Shown here one piece after another: positions 18,085 to 26,601 of a stretch of 32,433 nucleotides of DNA (the first letter of the stretch is position 1; every line of letters begins with the position of its first letter). The translations under genes and the position numbers were made by a program. The stretch is taken from IMG/VR virus record IMGVR_UViG_3300009164_004823, positions 1 to 32,433 of that record, one strand, 5' to 3'. A model generated the notes under the pieces. The model saw only the letters and a program-made list of their open reading frames with translations. It was not told the origin of the DNA and did no database searches. This stretch comes from a virus. Taxonomy: Duplodnaviria; Caudoviricetes.

Positions 18085-19071
18085 ATGAATCCCATTATCC
18101 CACCAAAAGTGACAATAGTGGCCCATGTAAATTGGCGCACTAATCGTCTAACAGGACGCACACTAACATTACCAGCAGGGGAATCCTTGCCAGCTGATCA
18201 GCACCCCGGGGAATGGGTTGTGCTTGACATACATTCAGCAATACAATTAATGAACGGTCGCAGTCCATGGCATGAGTGGATTAGGCTAGGTGCTAAAGTG
18301 GTACACATGCCCAACACCAACGTTGACTTTTTAAGTCGCATTAGTCCTGCGGCTTGGCCCGAGATTGCCCTGGTTGATGAGAAATGGACTCCTATTCCGT
18401 GGGTGCCATTAGATGTGCCCAAGATTGAGCCAGATGACTGGGACCTGTTCTGGAAGCTATGGAATGAAAAGCAAGCTGACATCACACGTGGTTTAAACGA
18501 AACACAATTCTGGAAAGGCCTATGTTGCTTCTTGCACCCAGAAGTAGATCATACTAAGTTTAACTACAAGAACACAGTGGTAGATGACTGGACTGGACAC
18601 TTCCCTCGAATGTTCGAACAAATTTTTAGTTGTTTGCCTTTTCACAGCGTTGAAAAAGTTGTGCTATGGTCAAATATCAATGAAGTAACACCACACATAG
18701 ATCCAGACGCAGTTATCTATCCTTGGCCTGATAGCCTACGTATCATGCTCTGGGACACAAACGATGGGCCTACGTTTTGGATGAGTAAGTGGCCCGAGCG
18801 TACGGCTGATTATGACCCTAAACCTATTACTGTAAGAACAGGTGCGGCCTATGGTGTTAGTGCAGAGCGAGTTCCTAGAAACAAGAGAACCTATGTTGAG
18901 CTACCACCAGACACAAATACATTTGTATTCAATAACGGAGCATTCATGCACGGTGCAGATTTAGCTAAGCCTAAGATTATCATGGCAGTCAAGGGTAGGC
19001 CAAAGATTACAGAATGGCTCAAAGCTCTTGAGCCAAGTTATGAAAAGTACAAGGATTGGATTACAAAATGA
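18085..19071 (+). CDS. Hypothetical protein with probable C-terminal Fe(II)/2OG oxygenase-like fold
   Basis: PHID followed by FVFNNGAFMHGAD..KII. Confidence 0.6.
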   Translation: MNPIIPPKVTIVAHVNWRTNRLTGRTLTLPAGESLPADQHPGEWVVLDIHSAIQLMNGRSPWHEWIRLGAKVVHMPNTNVDFLSRISPAAWPEIALVDEKWTPIPWVPLDVPKIEPDDWDLFWKLWNEKQADITRGLNETQFWKGLCCFLHPEVDHTKFNYKNTVVDDWTGHFPRMFEQIFSCLPFHSVEKVVLWSNINEVTPHIDPDAVIYPWPDSLRIMLWDTNDGPTFWMSKWPERTADYDPKPITVRTGAAYGVSAERVPRNKRTYVELPPDTNTFVFNNGAFMHGADLAKPKIIMAVKGRPKITEWLKALEPSYEKYKDWITK

Positions 19072-19982
19072 TACTCGTTAGAGATACTGATACAGCACCG
19101 TTAACTGAAACTAGAGCAAACTATTTTGACTCATTGACACCGTTTAAAATAAACAAGCATGATTTAAATGTAACACCTGCAAGAGAATATCCACCCTTGT
19201 TGAAATTTCAACTGCCAGAGTCTGTAAATTTTCAAGAATTAGTAGATGATACATACGAAGCGTTATTAACTTTTGGTCAATGGAATTATAGATTGTCTGG
19301 CGAAGGTCAGATGGATTTAAGTTACGGTGGAATGGGACTTACTTACAATCCAGATCATGTTGATGGCAACAGCGGTGATGTACATCAACAGGTACAAGGT
19401 AATCACAATCCTGGTACAAATGGAGTGCCTAATCCCTATTCTACTTTTTCAAAAGAGAATATGCCAGACATAAAAAGAAACACGCATTACGATACGTTTG
19501 GATTTGCTACAAGAACACCTGCTAGTCGATTTAAGTCATTGGGTACATTTTTAGACTTGTTTAAATGCACTATGGTCAGAACTGCAATTCGCATTATATA
19601 TGCAGAACAAGAAGGTCCAGTTGGCAATGACAAGTATGCCGGAGTCACCTGGCACAAAGACGAACCAATGACAACAAATTTACGAATTAATATTCCATTG
19701 GTAACACATCCTGATTATGTGCTAGAGCAGGAAGGATTTAATCCTAGACATTTAAAAGCTGGGCTTGCATATTCATGGGACACAAATACCATGCACCGTG
19801 CGTATGCTCAAACTCGAACTGCTCCTCCACGTATACACCTGATGATGGGAATTAGTCCCTGGTGGCACTATAATGAAAACTTTAAAGTTTGGAGCACTAC
19901 TAAGTTTGCCGGTGTTAAGCATCCAATGGACATGTTGGTAGACGGTGACATCATTGAAGGTCTTAAACTAATCACTGATTAA
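19068..19982 (+). CDS. Fe(II)/2OG oxygenase-like protein
   Basis: WHKDE, RINIPL, YSWDTNTMHRA..PRIHLM. Confidence 0.8.
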   Translation: MILVRDTDTAPLTETRANYFDSLTPFKINKHDLNVTPAREYPPLLKFQLPESVNFQELVDDTYEALLTFGQWNYRLSGEGQMDLSYGGMGLTYNPDHVDGNSGDVHQQVQGNHNPGTNGVPNPYSTFSKENMPDIKRNTHYDTFGFATRTPASRFKSLGTFLDLFKCTMVRTAIRIIYAEQEGPVGNDKYAGVTWHKDEPMTTNLRINIPLVTHPDYVLEQEGFNPRHLKAGLAYSWDTNTMHRAYAQTRTAPPRIHLMMGISPWWHYNENFKVWSTTKFAGVKHPMDMLVDGDIIEGLKLITD

Positions 19983-20079
19983 GTAAGTAGTTATTGCGTA
20001 AGCAAGTAGTGGTTAAACTAAGTTAGTATGTCAATAAATATAGTACTCGCTGAGAGTAATAACATGGGGCTTTTATCCA

Positions 20080-20529
20080 ATGAGTAAGAAGGATATCACT
20101 AGAACTAAATTATTTAAGATGGTTCAAAGCTTTGATGAACATGACGCAAAGTTTAGGCCTACCATTGCTGACTGTAGGGAAGTATTTAGAAACATCAATC
20201 GCAATGTTTTTAACAACGAACTTAAAATGCCCAGTTTTAGATTAGTATATACCAAGGCATTTTGGGGCGAGTGTCAAGGAGTACTTGACGATCAAACCAA
20301 GGTTAAGATGAAAATTAACAAAAGCTTCTTGAGCAAGCGATTATTCATCAACACCATGGCCCATGAAATGGTTCATCAGTGGGAATGGTTGACTAACGAT
20401 AATATGACACATGGGCCACAGTTCTTTTTATGGCGACAGCAGTTGGCAAACTACAACATCACACTCAGCAGATGCTATAGAATGAAACACTATAGACTAG
20501 ATAAAGTACAAGCTAGAAAAATTCCTTAA
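20080..20529 (+). CDS. SprT-like zinc metalloprotease
   Basis: INRNVFNNEL, TMAHEMVHQW (HExxH), HGPQF. Confidence 0.85.
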   Translation: MSKKDITRTKLFKMVQSFDEHDAKFRPTIADCREVFRNINRNVFNNELKMPSFRLVYTKAFWGECQGVLDDQTKVKMKINKSFLSKRLFINTMAHEMVHQWEWLTNDNMTHGPQFFLWRQQLANYNITLSRCYRMKHYRLDKVQARKIP

Positions 20530-20578
20530 CAGCGCAGTTAGACGATGCAAGGTTATCTAACTAGTGATAACTATTTGT

Positions 20579-21325
20579 ATGACAAACTTATTCAATCAAA
20601 ATAATCCAAACGCAGTTGTTGGTGACGGAGTTAGTGGAAGCCGACAAGGCATGGGCATTATGCGTCCAGAATTAGTGGCCGCAGAACTGGCATTGTTGCA
20701 ACTGGGGGACTTTGAGCCGTTAGATTGGCACCTGGATGCACACAGCATTGACAAGGTAATTACAGAAAAATACAGCACAGATTGGGTAGATTACCTTCCA
20801 AGAACAGACCGTCCAAATAATCGTCGGTCAATGACACTTACAACAATTCCTGGTTGGGACCATCGCAGTCCTCCAAGTATTCCAGAAGCAACAAACAAAT
20901 TGGGACGAGTGCCATTTGAGCATGAGTTTTGTGTTCCTACACAATTGTACCAAGACTGTGACCAAGCACATCTCGGACTTGATAGTTTGAAAGATTTCTT
21001 AGATGAGTGGAATCCATTGGGCAGAACATTTATTGTCAACTCGGGCATTGGCGGTTATTTTGTGCCACACAGAGACCATCCAGGCCTGCCAAGGCCATGC
21101 TTTCGTCTTGTTGCATTCTTAAAGAACTGCGGCCCGCTGGAATACGATTGGTGGATGGATGATAAAAAAGTAAACATTGAACTAGGCCGAGTGTATTATG
21201 TAAACACTCGAAAAACACACAGAACAATTTCATGGGCTGACAATAGTTGGCACTTAATTCTTAATGTACCGTTTACACCAGCAAATGTAGACAAGGTACT
21301 AAAACACTTACAACATAGACACTAA
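20579..21325 (+). CDS. Fe(II)/2OG oxygenase-like protein
   Basis: GGYFVPHRD; GRVYYVNTRKTH..HLILNV. Confidence 0.8.
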   Translation: MTNLFNQNNPNAVVGDGVSGSRQGMGIMRPELVAAELALLQLGDFEPLDWHLDAHSIDKVITEKYSTDWVDYLPRTDRPNNRRSMTLTTIPGWDHRSPPSIPEATNKLGRVPFEHEFCVPTQLYQDCDQAHLGLDSLKDFLDEWNPLGRTFIVNSGIGGYFVPHRDHPGLPRPCFRLVAFLKNCGPLEYDWWMDDKKVNIELGRVYYVNTRKTHRTISWADNSWHLILNVPFTPANVDKVLKHLQHRH

Positions 21326-21326
21326 C

Positions 21327-21974
21327 ATGAGAATCACAGTAGGCAAAGACAATTTTATCAAACAGGTAGATATTAAACTACCTGAAGGCAAGCAACGAAT
21401 TGGAGTAATGTTAAGCGGTGGCGCAGATTCTGCGGCGCTGTTATATCTACTATGCTTAGAGCGTAGGATGGATAAGAGCTCACAAGAGATAGTTCCGTTT
21501 ACTGTTGCTCGTCCTGATGGAGCATGGGACTATGTTAAACCCATTGTTGAATGGGTTAGAAACAAGCTTGAACTTACAATCGAACAACTGCCAGACCCCA
21601 TCAAGGTTGGTGACCCAACGGTGCATCATAGTCAACAAGGCCGCACAGGCGAATATGAAGCTAGGTCTAAACACAGTATTGAACATATCTTTTATGGAAG
21701 CCAAGCACACCCTGATCGTGTGCTAATCGAGTTGCCTGGAGAATACCCAAGTCGACCTGCCAGTGTAGAATTGCCAGGCACCACTTGTCCATTTGCCTTA
21801 GTAGATAAACGCCATACACTAAGTTTGTATGACATATTTGATGTATGGCCTTTGATTGAGCTTACACATAGTTGCACAGCACTAACCGAAGGGCGTTGTG
21901 GAGAATGTTATAACTGCAAGGAACGTGAGTGGGCACTAAGTCAGTTAGAGTTTACTGACCCGGGCGTGAAGTAA
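21327..21974 (+). CDS. PP-loop adenine nucleotide alpha-hydrolase, QueC-like
   Basis: MLSGGADS PP-loop; THSC..CGECYNCKER zinc site. Confidence 0.8.
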   Translation: MRITVGKDNFIKQVDIKLPEGKQRIGVMLSGGADSAALLYLLCLERRMDKSSQEIVPFTVARPDGAWDYVKPIVEWVRNKLELTIEQLPDPIKVGDPTVHHSQQGRTGEYEARSKHSIEHIFYGSQAHPDRVLIELPGEYPSRPASVELPGTTCPFALVDKRHTLSLYDIFDVWPLIELTHSCTALTEGRCGECYNCKEREWALSQLEFTDPGVK

Positions 21975-22620
21975 AAATACTTAAACCTAGTTTGCGTTTA
22001 ATGCCGTTGCGCGGGAACGCACTACTGACATGTAAACGATTGCGAGGGAATGTCATTGGTACTCCTGGAATCCATTGCCAGTGTTTATCTACTGTAAGTC
22101 CTGCAAAGTTTCTAATGTCCAAATGAGGACAATGGTCCAGTAGTATACCATCCATGGTCTCCATATCATCTAAGTTTCCAACATCTTTATAATCTGTGAT
22201 GACCTGATTATATTCGTTGGGCTCTACAGTTTCACCACGCAAGAAGAATGCCGCATCACCTGTCCATGTTTGATTCAGGACTAGAAATCTATTGCGTTCC
22301 AGTCTGACAGGAACATCGTCTCGAAATTCCTGACGTAGCGGAAACACAAATGTCTGTAACACCTTGCCGGGACCTTCTTTGCCTGTGTCTGCATGTACAC
22401 GATATCCTGTTTCAGTCTCAAAGAAATTGCCGCCAGCAACTTCCCATGTACCTGCTCCTAGCACACCATCAATGATGGGTCTGACTATTTCTAATGCTGG
22501 CTCTAGGTCAAGAGCAAATTTACGTTGAGGTAGAATTTTTATTTGACTATTGTTTTCAAAACAAGAAATAAGTGACAGACGTTGTTCGTCTGTCAGAGGA
22601 TCAAGTACACTGGGGTTCAT
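21952..22620 (-). CDS. Probable Fe(II)/2OG oxygenase-like protein
   Basis: RVHAD, FPRNRLHVS, RKLGLSIF. Start placed at ATG 22620 because the upstream extension overlaps promoter elements. Confidence 0.65.
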   Translation of the reverse strand: MNPSVLDPLTDEQRLSLISCFENNSQIKILPQRKFALDLEPALEIVRPIIDGVLGAGTWEVAGGNFFETETGYRVHADTGKEGPGKVLQTFVFPLRQEFRDDVPVRLERNRFLVLNQTWTGDAAFFLRGETVEPNEYNQVITDYKDVGNLDDMETMDGILLDHCPHLDIRNFAGLTVDKHWQWIPGVPMTFPRNRLHVSSAFPRNGIKRKLGLSIFTSRPGQ

Positions 22621-22634
22621 AGTGAGATATTTAG

Positions 22635-22652
22635 TGTTGTAAAAATGCAACA
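22635..22652. promoter_or_regulatory. Palindromic operator-like site TGTTG-N8-CAACA, copy 1
   Basis: tgttgtaaaaatgcaaca, 7 nt upstream of a -35 box. Confidence 0.7.
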
Positions 22653-22659
22653 GCGTATC

Positions 22660-22688
22660 TTGACAGGTGAGCCAGTTTGTGTTATACT
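22660..22688 (+). promoter_or_regulatory. Sigma70-type promoter
   Basis: TTGACA-17-TATACT. Confidence 0.85.
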
Positions 22689-22708
22689 GTTTAATTAAAG
22701 GAGAAAGT

Positions 22709-22993
22709 ATGCAAGCTAAAAACTTTATAAGCAAATATACAAGCGCCAATAATCGTAAAGCATATGGGAGTTTTTATAATATAAAAGCTACGGAAAAATG
22801 GGTGGAGTATATGCTAGACATTACAGATATGAACCGAGTATTAATGTCTTTACCGTTTAACGATAAAATGCGTATGCTAGATGCCCTAGAGGCGGCAGAG
22901 CGCAAGCGAGATTATATGTACAGACACCCAAATTTTAACTATAAACAAGCTACCCGGTGGTACGAGATGGCAAAAGATTTGCCTAAAAAGTAA
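22709..22993 (+). CDS. Hypothetical protein (94 aa)
   Basis: SD aaggag before ATG 22709; lies downstream of the promoter. Confidence 0.75.
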   Translation: MQAKNFISKYTSANNRKAYGSFYNIKATEKWVEYMLDITDMNRVLMSLPFNDKMRMLDALEAAERKRDYMYRHPNFNYKQATRWYEMAKDLPKK

Positions 22994-22998
22994 GTAGC

Positions 22999-23020
22999 GT
23001 TGTTGTAAAAATACAACAAC
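22999..23020. promoter_or_regulatory. Palindromic operator-like site, copy 2
   Basis: gttgttgta-aaaa-tacaacaac, a perfect 9-bp inverted repeat. Confidence 0.75.
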
Positions 23021-23027
23021 AAAATGG

Positions 23028-23056
23028 TTGACAAGTGGCCCTAAAAGTACTATAAT
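23028..23056 (+). promoter_or_regulatory. Perfect consensus sigma70 promoter
   Basis: TTGACA-17-TATAAT. Confidence 0.9.
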
Positions 23057-23077
23057 AGATACATAGCAAGAAATAAA

Positions 23078-23260
23078 AGGGTTACCAGATCCGTTAGGCG
23101 GACCGTAAGAGAGGAGCACCAAGGCGTTTGGCGCAATCTTACAACGCATGAAGACTGAGGACTAGCAATAGATCCAAATGGTTGACGGAAGTATCTGGCA
23201 GTAATGACCGTGGTGACTGGGCTTCGCAAACCCAGCAGAATGAGATCCACATGGTTCCCT
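23078..23260 (+). ncRNA. Putative structured RNA of unknown class
   Basis: GC-richer non-coding stretch after the promoter with nested helices: aggg/ccct, ccagat/atctgg, ccgtta/tgacgg, gtaaga/tcttac, ccaa/ttgg, ctggg/cccag, gtgg/ccac. Confidence 0.6.
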
Positions 23261-23285
23261 CCTATTATAAATGAAAGGAATAAAA

Positions 23286-23675
23286 ATGACTTACGAAAAA
23301 ACATTGAACATGACAGTTGGATTGAAAGACATGATTGGCAAAGTCTTTACCAGTGTCACTGGTGAAGTAGGCTCACGTGAAATTGTCTTTGCAACCGACA
23401 AAGAAACTTTTACATTTATGCACTTCCAAGATTGTTGCGAATCTGTAGAAGTAAACGACATCGTTGGCGACTTGCAAGACTTGGTAGGCACTCCTATCTT
23501 GGTAGCAGAAGAAGCAGTTGGTGGCGAAGTGGATGGCTTCGAAGGCAATGAGTCATACACTTGGACCTTTTACAAATTTGCAACCTTCAAAGGTTGGGTC
23601 GACATTCGCTGGTTAGGTGAGTCAAACGGCTACTACTCAGAGGGTGTTAGTTTGGAATATGAAAAGTTAGCATAG
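23286..23675 (+). CDS. Hypothetical phage protein (HFQDCCESV motif)
   Basis: SD gaaagga; motifs QDCCESV, TWTFYK and RWLGESNGYYSE. Confidence 0.8.
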   Translation: MTYEKTLNMTVGLKDMIGKVFTSVTGEVGSREIVFATDKETFTFMHFQDCCESVEVNDIVGDLQDLVGTPILVAEEAVGGEVDGFEGNESYTWTFYKFATFKGWVDIRWLGESNGYYSEGVSLEYEKLA

Positions 23676-23684
23676 GAGGTCATT

Positions 23685-23879
23685 ATGACTGTTACTGTGG
23701 CAAGAATGAAAGATAGGTTAGTCGAAGTCGTTCGTGTTGCTGACACAGTTGCGTTCTCTACAGAGCGTGGTTGGGTAATGGTTTGCATGGACTTTGAAAA
23801 GCCTGAACGTAAGAAAGAACAATTCAAGTGGGTGCCCGCCAGTACTCACTTTGATTGGGTTAGAACCTTTGCCTTCTGA
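23685..23879 (+). CDS. Hypothetical protein (64 aa)
   Basis: Strong SD aggaggt. Confidence 0.75.
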   Translation: MTVTVARMKDRLVEVVRVADTVAFSTERGWVMVCMDFEKPERKKEQFKWVPASTHFDWVRTFAF

Positions 23880-23886
23880 GGACACC

Positions 23887-24585
23887 ATGGACCAAGCACA
23901 AAAAAAGCGTTTTCTCAAAGAACAGAAATTACCTATTGCGGATGCATGGGCCTTGGTGGCCTTTGCTGACCGCATCAACGAAGGAAAGTATATCAAGTTT
24001 CCTGAGATGGATCAAGATACTGGCAATGTTAAACTGCATCCCAATCGCGAGTTGATCAAGACACAAGTTGCACTGAGCTTTCCTAATGTTACTGACGCCG
24101 ACAGAGAACTGGGTGCTAAGATGGCAGAGCATTTTCAAGGGCTTGCATTTAGTATGCTGGGTGGTAAAACGAATGACTTTGATCAAAAGATTATGAATTT
24201 TATCACGCAAGAAGATATTGACGCTAACATGGGCCTGGCATACATGGCATGTCTTGGTGCTCGCTACCATAAAGAAGTTGTAAAAGAACAGCGGCAAGAA
24301 ACTCTAAATAAAGTTATTGCAACCAGTATTCACCAAGGTGCTGTGGGCCAACACCTACGCCTTGATGTTACTGTAATCAATAAATTTGCAGGCAAGGTAT
24401 TTGCCGGTAGTGTAGTTCGTGCTACAGACGGAACTAACTTGTACTTTTGGACCAGTAGCAAGACTGTTGACATGTGGCCCGATACTCCTGAACAGTTTCC
24501 CATAGTTGGAGTTGTTAAGGCACATGGAAAAGACAGAGATGGTGCTCAAGAAACCAGACTGACCAGAGTCAAGATTGCAATTTAA
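23887..24585 (+). CDS. Hypothetical protein, possible C-terminal OB-fold
   Basis: SD gagga. The beta-rich C-terminus (GVVKAH..ETRLTRVK) suggests an OB-like domain (weak). Confidence 0.7.
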   Translation: MDQAQKKRFLKEQKLPIADAWALVAFADRINEGKYIKFPEMDQDTGNVKLHPNRELIKTQVALSFPNVTDADRELGAKMAEHFQGLAFSMLGGKTNDFDQKIMNFITQEDIDANMGLAYMACLGARYHKEVVKEQRQETLNKVIATSIHQGAVGQHLRLDVTVINKFAGKVFAGSVVRATDGTNLYFWTSSKTVDMWPDTPEQFPIVGVVKAHGKDRDGAQETRLTRVKIAI

Positions 24586-24589
24586 AATA

Positions 24590-24611
24590 CCCGCTCGGGC
24601 GGGCTTTTTTT
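24590..24611 (+). terminator. Intrinsic terminator
   Basis: cccgc-tcgg-gcggg followed by c and T7. Confidence 0.8.
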
Positions 24612-24649
24612 GACTAAACACAGCAGGTGACAAATGTATAATTATATAC

Positions 24650-25201
24650 ATGTATATTCCATCTCATATTATTGCCAGCGTAAAAAATGCAATACCGGTT
24701 TATAAAGATTGGCCCAAGCCTGGCATCTCATACAAAAATACAGTAGAACTGGCCCAACAACCAATGGCATTTGCACATGCCATAGACTGGTTTTCTTTAG
24801 TGGCCAGGCAAGCTACTGCAAAAGAAATATTTGCTCCAGATGCTCGTGGTTTTATATTTGGTTCAGCATTGTCAATCAAGTCACACTTGCCAATGACGGT
24901 TGTGCGTAAACCCGGAAAGCTACCCGGAGATGTGTGGAGTCAAAGTTATGAGTTGGAGTATGGCACAGACACACTGGAGATACAGCAAAATATACAAGCA
25001 GGTGACAGACCTGTTCTCATTGTTGATGATGTGTTGGCCACTGGCGGAACAGCACAAGCAATTTGCAAACTATTACACAATAACTTGGGTATTGCATATT
25101 CATCAATGACAGTTGCTGTCCTGATTAATCTTTCCTTCTTAGGTGGTAAAACACTTTTAACCGAGCAAGGTGTTGCTGTACATGGGCTACTAAATGAATG
25201 A
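24650..25201 (+). CDS. apt: Adenine phosphoribosyltransferase
   Basis: DWPKPGI, DARGF, RKPGKLPG, YELEYG, VLIVDDVLATGGT (PRPP motif). Confidence 0.93.
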   Translation: MYIPSHIIASVKNAIPVYKDWPKPGISYKNTVELAQQPMAFAHAIDWFSLVARQATAKEIFAPDARGFIFGSALSIKSHLPMTVVRKPGKLPGDVWSQSYELEYGTDTLEIQQNIQAGDRPVLIVDDVLATGGTAQAICKLLHNNLGIAYSSMTVAVLINLSFLGGKTLLTEQGVAVHGLLNE

Positions 25202-25751
25202 TCTAATTGTGTTTGCTTTAGAAGATGAAGCACCAGGTCTTTTTAAAGAATACTCTAATGTGCATTGCATTGGAGTAGGCAAGGTCAATGCCGCAATAAA
25301 TCTAATGCGGCTATGTCACATATACCATCCCAGGCGCATTATCAACATGGGTACAGCAGGCGGCATTAGATTGGGGCATGGCGTACATCGTATCAATACT
25401 GTATGGCAACATGACGTAAACTTGATGGCACTTGGCATGCAACCGGGTATTCACTTCAATGATCCTGTAAGTATGATTATCATGCCCGGTATAGGTAAGA
25501 CTTGTGCGTCAGGTGATATCTTTATTACTGAACCCAACAAGCTTCGAGTAGAATGTGATGTAGTCGACATGGAGGCATACAGCGTGGCCAAGGTAGCAAA
25601 TACACTTGGACTTGATATCGAAATATGGAAGTACATCAGTGACCCTGCAGATGTGGGCGCCGGTACAACTTGGAAAGAACAAGTGTCATCTGGAGAACCA
25701 CTTTACAGACAAGTGTTAGAAGAATTAAAAATTAAATTGGAACCTAAATGA
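25194..25751 (+). CDS. MTA/SAH nucleosidase-like protein (PNP_UDP family)
   Basis: ALEDE, GVGKVNAA, INMGTAGG, SGDIF, VDMEA, KYISD.AD. Confidence 0.85.
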   Translation: MNDLIVFALEDEAPGLFKEYSNVHCIGVGKVNAAINLMRLCHIYHPRRIINMGTAGGIRLGHGVHRINTVWQHDVNLMALGMQPGIHFNDPVSMIIMPGIGKTCASGDIFITEPNKLRVECDVVDMEAYSVAKVANTLGLDIEIWKYISDPADVGAGTTWKEQVSSGEPLYRQVLEELKIKLEPK

Positions 25752-26332
25752 AAATAGCAAGCGGCTATGCCGAAATGTTTGAGTGGGATGATGGTAACCC
25801 AAACAACGAGGATCGAACCGGACTAACAGTTGCACTTTATAGCGGTGATAAAATTAGAGTTGCCAGCGCCAATGATGTGCCCATTGGAGTTGTTGGCGGG
25901 GACAATACCAGTGTAGCGGCTATTAGCAATGCTAGTCCACAGGAATGGCACGGAAAACATTTAAGAGATGTTGCTGGTAGATTACTTTGGGAAGGCCAAG
26001 TAATGGTTGAATGGATTGACAAAGGATTTCGTCACTGGTATGAAACCGATCGTTTACCAGAAGGTATTACTATACCGGAGAATGCAACATATTACTACGA
26101 ACTAAATGGACATAAACTACAAAGAGAAATATTATCAGAAGAATTTAAACAAAAAAATGGGATGGTACCGCAGTACTTGCCACGTTGGGAAAGACAAGAG
26201 TGGGGTATAGTAGTGTTATTGGGTAGAGCAGTTGTCAGAGAAGGTAGCGTATGCAATCCATTGTGGAAAAGATTAAAACTTCAGGACGGAGAATTATACG
26301 GGCAATCTGTGGCCGAGTGGTTAATAAGATAA
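25748..26332 (+). CDS. Stand-alone Peptidase_G2-like intramolecular-chaperone domain
   Basis: YAEMFEW.DGNP..EDR.G..V and YLPRWERQEW..V.LLG pattern, normally C-terminal on tailspikes. Confidence 0.7.
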   Translation: MKIASGYAEMFEWDDGNPNNEDRTGLTVALYSGDKIRVASANDVPIGVVGGDNTSVAAISNASPQEWHGKHLRDVAGRLLWEGQVMVEWIDKGFRHWYETDRLPEGITIPENATYYYELNGHKLQREILSEEFKQKNGMVPQYLPRWERQEWGIVVLLGRAVVREGSVCNPLWKRLKLQDGELYGQSVAEWLIR

Positions 26333-26343
26333 TAGAGCATAAA

Positions 26344-26583
26344 ATGACAAACCTAAACGACCAAGCCACTATCATATTAATGGGCTCATTAAAAGAGTTG
26401 CTATCTAATCGTAAATACGTCTACGTAAGTAACACAAATTATTCGTACTCCCGTTTGGAAGAGCCAGGTAAAGAGATGATCATTAACTTGGTACAATCTA
26501 TTTTGCCATTACTAGCAGAAGCTCGCGATTTACAAATAAAAGAAGAAGCAGAACGACTCATGATTGACAAACTGAGTAAATAA
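26344..26583 (+). CDS. Hypothetical protein (79 aa)
   Basis: The ORF fills the gap; ATG 26344 chosen to avoid overlap. Confidence 0.65.
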   Translation: MTNLNDQATIILMGSLKELLSNRKYVYVSNTNYSYSRLEEPGKEMIINLVQSILPLLAEARDLQIKEEAERLMIDKLSK

Positions 26584-26601
26584 ACTATTGTAAATACAAT
26601 T

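Noticed and set aside
19980-20040. Short taag(t/c)aagtagt-like repeats
   Set aside because: Short and AT-rich; probably promoter-box variants or chance.
22573-22595. 9-bp hairpin tgacagacg-ttgtt-cgtctgtca
   Set aside because: Single occurrence inside a CDS with no U-tract; function cannot be supported.
22621-22749. N-terminal extensions of the ORFs 21952..22749 (-) and 22667..22993 (+)
   Set aside because: They overlap a divergent promoter region; better starts exist at 22620 and 22709.
23153-23180. Hammerhead-like CTGAGGA core in the putative ncRNA
   Set aside because: No GAAA follows the adjacent stem, so the catalytic core is incomplete.
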